Positions 58,592 to 64,000 of a DNA stretch of 64,000 bases are shown piece after piece (the first letter of the stretch is position 1; each line of letters opens with the position of its first letter). A program made the position numbers and the translations under genes. The DNA is taken from NCBI GenBank assembly GCA_000830295.1, contig CP010425.1, positions 960,001-1,024,000 of the forward strand, given 5' to 3'. The notes under the pieces are model-generated. The model saw nothing but the letters and a program-made list of their open reading frames with translations, had not been told where the DNA came from and ran no database searches. The DNA is from an archaeon GW2011_AR15 (GTDB taxonomy: Archaea > Nanobdellota > Nanobdellia > Woesearchaeales > GW2011-AR15).

Positions 58592-59143
58592 ATGGGTGGG
58601 GATGATGGGTTAAACAGCAATATTGTTAAGCCTATAATCAAGATTCTCTATAATTCCAATTATAAGCGGAACGGCACTGAAGATAAGTTCTTAAGAGTTG
58701 CATTGTACAGGCTCAGGATAAAACCCCCTGAAAGCTATGGTGGAGAATATGATGATTATGAGGATTATGAAGAGCCTGAGGGTCCTGAAGAAGAAGATGA
58801 TTTTGAAGAAAGTGAAGATCATAAACTTTTGTATGATAAACTTAGGAATCTTAGCCATGCCGGCCAGGTTGAGGAGCTGAAAACACATCTTTTAGCATAC
58901 GGGGACCCATATGGCTGCAGCATAGAAGCATTTACAGGTGTGCCAGAACAAAAATATTCTCCCCTGATTGAAATCGTGAGGTTTCAGAGGCCTGTCGGGA
59001 TTTTTTACATAGAAGAGGAAGCATACATTGGGGTAAACAGCATCCCGCTTTACAACAACCTGGATGTTCGTGGCAACAGGGAAGAAATCAAGAGTAAGGT
59101 ATTTACGAATCTTGATGAAGTGCTGTTAGCGAGAAGAAACTAG
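58592..59143 (+). CDS. Hypothetical protein with acidic low-complexity segment
   Basis: ORF from ATG 58592 with TATA-like element upstream. Confidence 0.65.
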   Translation: MGGDDGLNSNIVKPIIKILYNSNYKRNGTEDKFLRVALYRLRIKPPESYGGEYDDYEDYEEPEGPEEEDDFEESEDHKLLYDKLRNLSHAGQVEELKTHLLAYGDPYGCSIEAFTGVPEQKYSPLIEIVRFQRPVGIFYIEEEAYIGVNSIPLYNNLDVRGNREEIKSKVFTNLDEVLLARRN

Positions 59144-59145
59144 GA

Positions 59146-59541
59146 TTACCACTTTTTCTTTTCCTGCTCTTGCCTGGCCATGTGCTCTAAATTAGCAAGC
59201 CTCTGGTTTATTGCTTCCATGCCGGCTTTCAGATAGTCAAGCTTTGAAGAAATCAGGTCAAGGTCTTTCTGCAGAGGATTAGGACCATGGAATCCAGGGG
59301 ATGAAGGCTGATAGCCATCATCGCTTCCGTACATGGCTTCCATCCTGCCCTGCCTTATGTTTTCACCCAACGGCATCCTCATCCTTGGGTCATCCATGGG
59401 CTCAGGCTGGCTCATTGAAGGAGGACCGCCATATTCCTGGGAAGAAGGGTTAAATGTGTCATTGCCACCCATGCTATCAAGTGGAGGCAGAGCAAGCTCA
59501 TCCTTTTTCCTGAAAGGATTTATGCTGTCAAAAATTCCCAT
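59146..59541 (-). CDS. Hypothetical protein (disordered P/M/S-rich middle, C-terminal coiled coil)
   Basis: MGIFDSINPFRKK N-terminus and DLDLISSKLDYLKAGMEAINQRLANLE heptads. Confidence 0.75.
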   Translation of the reverse strand: MGIFDSINPFRKKDELALPPLDSMGGNDTFNPSSQEYGGPPSMSQPEPMDDPRMRMPLGENIRQGRMEAMYGSDDGYQPSSPGFHGPNPLQKDLDLISSKLDYLKAGMEAINQRLANLEHMARQEQEKKKW

Positions 59542-59606
59542 AATAGTGTATCATGGAGCCTGCACTTTAATAATTTTTTGCTATTTTCTGCAGCCCTTAA
59601 AGAATT

Positions 59607-60899
59607 TTAATAGCCGAGATCAGGATACAAAGGGAACTCCCTGATGAATTCAAGCACTTCTTCCCTTACTTTCTGCTTTACAGATTCATCACTTGGATTT
59701 TTCAGTGTCCTCACATACCATTCTCCGATCTGCTTCATCTCTGACTCTTTCATCCCCCTGCTTGTTATCGCAGGTGTCCCAAGTCTTATGCCGCATGGAT
59801 TGAATGGCGTTCCTCTGTCTCCGGGAATCATGTTCTTGTTTGTGAATATGTGGACTTCATCAAGCACTGTCTCTGCCTCCTTGCCCATTATGCCGAAGCT
59901 CTTCTCGACATCCAGCAGAATCAGGTGGTTGTCAGTGCCTCCGCTTACCATTGTAACTCCGTTTTCTGAGAAGACTTCTGCAAGCGCCTTTGCGTTCTTC
60001 ACTATCTGCTCTGCATATTTTCTGAAATCAGGCTCTAAAGCCTCCTTGAATGCAACAGCCTTGCCTGCAATCACATGGTCCAGCGGGCCGCCCTGCATGC
60101 CCGGGAAAACAGCAGAATCTATTTTCTGGGCAAGATTTTTCTTATCATTTGGTTTCAGTCTGTCTTGAATCTTTGACATTATCATTGCCCCTCTCGGGCC
60201 TCTCAGTGTCTTGTGCGTTGTGGTTGTCACAACATCTGCTATAGGGACAGGGTTCTCATGCACTCCTGCAGCGCACAATCCTGCGATATGCGCAATATCA
60301 GACATGTGGTATGCACCGACTTCCTCTGCTATCTCCTGGAATGCCCTGAAATCCAGCTTCCTTGGATATGCGGAGAATCCTGACAAAAGAATTTTCGGCT
60401 TGAATTCCAGTGCCTTTTTCCTGACCTGGTCCATGTCAATCCTTCCTGTTTCAGGGTCAACGCCGTAATGCTCCATTGTGTAGAATTTTCCTGAAAAATT
60501 GACAGTGCTCCCGTGAGTCAGATGGCCGCCATGGCTAAGGTCCATTGCAAGGACCTTGTCTTTTAATTCCAGCAGTGCAAAATAGACTTCTGCGTTTGCC
60601 TGTGAGCCTGCATGTGGCTGGACATTCACATGCTCAGCATTAAATAATTTTTTAGCCCTGTTTATTGCCAGCTGCTCTGTTACATCAATATATTTGTTGC
60701 CTGAATAATATCTTTTGTTTGGCAGGCCCTCAGAATACTTGTTTGTAAGCGTTGTCCCGACAACTTCCAGAACAGCCTTTGAGACAAAGTTTTCAGAGGC
60801 AATCATCTCAATGCCCTCTCTCTGCCTCTTTGTTTCATTGATTACAGCGTCATATACAGCTCTGTCAGTATTTTTCAGAGATTCAAGCATTTTCCCCAT
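59607..60899 (-). CDS. glyA: Serine hydroxymethyltransferase, bacterial type
   Basis: IASENF, NKYSEG, NVQPHAGSQAN, GGHLTHG, TTTTHKTLRGPRG, FPGMQGGP and GGTDNHL motifs. Confidence 0.97.
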   Translation of the reverse strand: MGKMLESLKNTDRAVYDAVINETKRQREGIEMIASENFVSKAVLEVVGTTLTNKYSEGLPNKRYYSGNKYIDVTEQLAINRAKKLFNAEHVNVQPHAGSQANAEVYFALLELKDKVLAMDLSHGGHLTHGSTVNFSGKFYTMEHYGVDPETGRIDMDQVRKKALEFKPKILLSGFSAYPRKLDFRAFQEIAEEVGAYHMSDIAHIAGLCAAGVHENPVPIADVVTTTTHKTLRGPRGAMIMSKIQDRLKPNDKKNLAQKIDSAVFPGMQGGPLDHVIAGKAVAFKEALEPDFRKYAEQIVKNAKALAEVFSENGVTMVSGGTDNHLILLDVEKSFGIMGKEAETVLDEVHIFTNKNMIPGDRGTPFNPCGIRLGTPAITSRGMKESEMKQIGEWYVRTLKNPSDESVKQKVREEVLEFIREFPLYPDLGY

Positions 60900-60976
60900 C
60901 AATGCTTGTAATTAGTTCACAATTTAAAAAGGTTTTGACACAGCCAACTTTACGAAAGCATGTGTCTCAACGCCCA

Positions 60977-61004
60977 AAGATTTTGAAATAAAGATTTTGA
61001 AATA
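60977..61004. repeat. 14-bp tandem direct repeat in a divergent promoter region
   Basis: AAGATTTTGAAATA x2, upstream of TATA-like TTTATATA. Confidence 0.6.
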
Positions 61005-61031
61005 CTAACGCAATATTTATATAGGAGATAT

Positions 61032-61856
61032 ATGTTAGTAACCTTCATGAAAAAAGCATGGGTTTTGTTTATTCTCCTGATATTGGTTTTTAGTGTTGTC
61101 AGCGTAGCATATGCCAAGGATGATGACACGTCAGCTGATTCTGGCGACAATTCCGGCAAAGATTCAAAAGATCAAGAGGACGATTTAGACGATGATTCCG
61201 CAGACGACAATTCTGAGGATATTGATAACAACGAAGATGACTTAGATGATGACTTAGATGATGATTCAGACAATTTAGAAGAGGATGAGAACGAAGAATC
61301 TGAAAATAAAGGAAAATCAGAGGAGATAAAAGAGAAATATGAGCTAAAGTACAGGTATATAAATGAGAACGGCGAAGAAGTTGAAGTGGAGATAAAGCAG
61401 GAAACAAAAATAAAAAATGGAGAAGTATTTCAAAAAATAAAAGTCAAGGGTGTTGAGGCAGAGACAGAGCTTGAAATCAGCTCTGACAAAGGGAAATTAA
61501 AAACAAAACTTTCCAACGGGAATGAATATGAAGTAAAGATTATGCCAAGCACTGCTTCTGAGAAAGCAATTGAAAGGCTGAAGACTAACAAGAATCTCTC
61601 TATTGAATTAAAAGAAGTCGGAGAAGGGAATAATTTAAGCGTTGTTTATGACATTGAAGGCAACAGAACAGTAAGGTTTCTCGGCCTGTTCAAAGTCGAA
61701 ACAAAATTAAGAGCAAGAGTTGATGCTGATACAGGCGAGCTTATTGAATTTGAAACGCCATGGTGGTATTTCCTCGCAGGGAGAGAAACTGAAGAGCAGG
61801 ATGGCACCAGCGAAGAGATAAACCAGACAGAAGATAACCAGACTGAGATAGTTTAA
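61032..61856 (+). CDS. Secreted protein with Asp-rich N-region and PepSY-like C-domain
   Basis: Signal peptide, D/E tract, and FLGLFKV...VDADTGELI...PWWYFLA; SD AGGAG. Confidence 0.75.
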   Translation: MLVTFMKKAWVLFILLILVFSVVSVAYAKDDDTSADSGDNSGKDSKDQEDDLDDDSADDNSEDIDNNEDDLDDDLDDDSDNLEEDENEESENKGKSEEIKEKYELKYRYINENGEEVEVEIKQETKIKNGEVFQKIKVKGVEAETELEISSDKGKLKTKLSNGNEYEVKIMPSTASEKAIERLKTNKNLSIELKEVGEGNNLSVVYDIEGNRTVRFLGLFKVETKLRARVDADTGELIEFETPWWYFLAGRETEEQDGTSEEINQTEDNQTEIV

Positions 61857-61966
61857 GTTCCTAAACAAATTCTACTTTTTGCATAATTCAAGGATATTGC
61901 GGAATCTTTTAGAGAACAATAATATTTTTAAATATATTCCTATACTCAAAGCAAGGGGTGTTTGAA

Positions 61967-62485
61967 ATGGATTTGAAATCTTATATTAGGGAAGTGCCGG
62001 ATTACCCGAAGCCGGGGATATTATTTTATGACATTACTACTCTACTCAGCAACGCGGATGCATTCAGGGAAAGCGTTGACAGGATGTATGAGCTTGTAAA
62101 AGATTACAGGATTGACAAAGTTGTCGGCATTGAGAGCAGGGGATATATTTTTGGAGCGCCACTGGCACTCAAACTTAATGCTTCTTTTGTCCCAATAAGA
62201 AAGCCAGGAAAGCTTCCAAGCAAAATAATCTCAGAATCCTACAGTCTGGAATACGGCACAAGCACGCTTGAAATGCATGAGGATGCAATAAAAGCAGGGG
62301 AAAATGTGCTTCTTGTTGACGACCTGTTTGCAACAGGGGGAACAACAGTAGCCGCAAAAACCCTTGTTGAAAAACTAAAAGGAAACGTAGCCGCGATTGT
62401 TTACCTTATAGAGCTTGATTTCCTTAACGGCAGAAAAAAACTGGAGGGCTACAACGTACACAGCGTGCTGCATTATGATAAATGA
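61967..62485 (+). CDS. apt: Adenine phosphoribosyltransferase
   Basis: PDYPKPGILFYDIT, GIESRG, RKPGKLP, YSLEYG and LLVDDLFATGGT motifs. Confidence 0.96.
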   Translation: MDLKSYIREVPDYPKPGILFYDITTLLSNADAFRESVDRMYELVKDYRIDKVVGIESRGYIFGAPLALKLNASFVPIRKPGKLPSKIISESYSLEYGTSTLEMHEDAIKAGENVLLVDDLFATGGTTVAAKTLVEKLKGNVAAIVYLIELDFLNGRKKLEGYNVHSVLHYDK

Positions 62486-63348
62486 TACCTGAAATCAAGC
62501 TAAAGAGCGGGGTTAAAATACCGCAGATAGGACTTGGAACATGGCAGCTTGCAGGCCAGACATGCGGGAATGCAGTGAAATCAGCCCTTAAGCTGGGATA
62601 CAGGCATATAGATACAGCAGAAATTTACGGAAACCAGAGGGAAATAGGAAAGGCAATAAAGGGATTCCCGAGAAAAGAGCTTTTTATAACATCGAAAGTC
62701 TGGCATGGCAATTTAAGGTATAATGATGTTTTGAAGGCATATGAGAACACAATAAGCGAGCTTCAGACAGACTACCTGGATCTTTATCTCATACACTGGC
62801 CCAACAGGAGGATTCCTATCAGCGAAACATTCAGGGCGCTGAAGAAGCTTTATGATGAAAAAAAGGTAAGGGCAGTCGGCATAAGCAATTTTACAATAGC
62901 GCACATAGAAGAAGCCCTGAAGCATGCTGAAATCCCGCTCGTAGTAAACCAGGTTGAGTTCCACCCTTTTCTCTACCAGAAAGAGCTGCTTGATTACTGC
63001 ACCAAAAAAGGGATAAAGGTAACAGCATATTCGCCGATAGCAAGAGGAGCTGTTTTCAGAAACGATACAATAATCAGGATTGCTGAAAAATACAAAAAAA
63101 CAGCAGCGCAGGTTTCATTAAGATGGCTTCTTGAGCAGGATATGGTGGTAATTCCCAAAGCAAGCACAGAACAGCATCTGAAAGAGAATATGGATGTATT
63201 TGACTTTAAACTGAACGATGAAGATAGGAAAAAACTCGGCAACTTTGACCAGAAAAGGTTTGTTGACCCAATCTCAATAAGCGAATTTGACACTTCAATT
63301 ATAGATAAAGTTAATTCCACCTTCAATCATATTCTGCGTAGTAAATAA
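62482..63348 (+). CDS. Aldo/keto reductase
   Basis: GLGTW, GYRHIDTAEIY, DLYLIHWP, GISNF, NQVEFHP, AYSP and IPKAS motifs. Confidence 0.95.
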   Translation: MIPEIKLKSGVKIPQIGLGTWQLAGQTCGNAVKSALKLGYRHIDTAEIYGNQREIGKAIKGFPRKELFITSKVWHGNLRYNDVLKAYENTISELQTDYLDLYLIHWPNRRIPISETFRALKKLYDEKKVRAVGISNFTIAHIEEALKHAEIPLVVNQVEFHPFLYQKELLDYCTKKGIKVTAYSPIARGAVFRNDTIIRIAEKYKKTAAQVSLRWLLEQDMVVIPKASTEQHLKENMDVFDFKLNDEDRKKLGNFDQKRFVDPISISEFDTSIIDKVNSTFNHILRSK

Positions 63349-63384
63349 AAAAGTATATAAATAAGTATACTGATATACTCTTTT

Positions 63385-64000
63385 ATGTTATTAGTTAACC
63401 TAGCTGTATTCATAGTGGGATGTCTGATTTTAGTTAAAAGCAGCAGTGTTCTTGTCAAATCGCTGGCTAAAATAGCATCGTTCCTCAATCTTAATGAATT
63501 TACAATAGGATTCATAATTGTAGCTGTTGCCACCTCACTGCCTGAAACATTTATAGGGATAATGTCAGCTTTAGACGGGACTCCGGAGCTTTCAGCAGGA
63601 AACGTCATAGGTGCCAATGTACTGGACTTGACTCTTATTATCGGGATTGCAGTTCTTCTGGCAAAAAGAATAGATATAGAGAGCAAGATTGTAAAAAAAG
63701 ACATGATATTCATGCTTCTCCTGGCTTTTCTGCCTGTTGTGCTGATGATAGACCATTATTTCTGGAGCTGGATAGGATTATTCCCCGGCATGGTACCGGG
63801 AATTTCAAGGATGGATGGAGTGGTTCTGCTGGCGGTTTTTGTATATTATATATACAGGATGGTCAGGCAGGAGACAAGATTTTCAAAAACAGTTGACCAT
63901 ACAACTAAAAAAGAGCTCGCTAAGGATATGCTGCTGTTCCTTATAAGCATAGTTTTTATGCTTGGAAGCTCGCAGTTTGTTGTAGGCGCAGCAGAAAACC
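63385..64000 (+). CDS. Ca2+/Na+ antiporter (CaCA/YrbG family), truncated by the window end
   Basis: Manual translation: MLLVNLAVFIVG...IGFIIVAVATSLPE...GNVIGAN alpha-repeat motif. Confidence 0.88.
   Translation, partial: MLLVNLAVFIVGCLILVKSSSVLVKSLAKIASFLNLNEFTIGFIIVAVATSLPETFIGIMSALDGTPELSAGNVIGANVLDLTLIIGIAVLLAKRIDIESKIVKKDMIFMLLLAFLPVVLMIDHYFWSWIGLFPGMVPGISRMDGVVLLAVFVYYIYRMVRQETRFSKTVDHTTKKELAKDMLLFLISIVFMLGSSQFVVGAAEN

Noticed and set aside
61120-61300. GATGAC/GACGAT-rich repeats
   Set aside because: Low-complexity Asp-rich coding sequence.
63327-63713. 128-aa minus-strand ORF
   Set aside because: Antisense shadow of the CaCA antiporter starting at 63385.

Overview
Chromosomal segment of an archaeon, most likely DPANN (Woesearchaeota-like; lineage inferred, not searched). 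The informational genes are archaeal: cdc6, GINS, rpl44e, kae1, elp3, lonB, dtdA, gltX, a histone, and BHB-intron tRNAs. They sit beside bacterial-type metabolic and repair genes: metK, glyA, gpmA, apt, mutL, pstB and a GH29 fucosidase. The window also carries the oapABC/arvABC operon, an MNT-HEPN toxin-antitoxin pair, two very large surface proteins and many lineage-specific hypotheticals. No CRISPR array, rRNA, transposase or integrase was seen. The most unusual signal is non-coding. Two short hairpin cassettes (62 and 77 bp) each lie between a small conserved gene and a duplicate of that gene's own 3' end. One follows tRNA-Ser(TGA). The other follows an unannotated 54-aa histone gene, whose duplicate differs only at synonymous sites. 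Both cassettes carry a stem-enclosed GAGC(A/G)AAGCGAA motif, and one hairpin of the tRNA cassette recurs (26/28 nt) as the start of an intron of tRNA-Ser(GGA). Other notable proteins are an E2-like (HPF-x-GxIC) protein, a LysM plus lysozyme-like protein, a split pseudo-receiver domain, a degenerate cis-prenyltransferase and a 1951-aa Cys/Trp-repeat surface protein. All calls come from motif recognition by eye.
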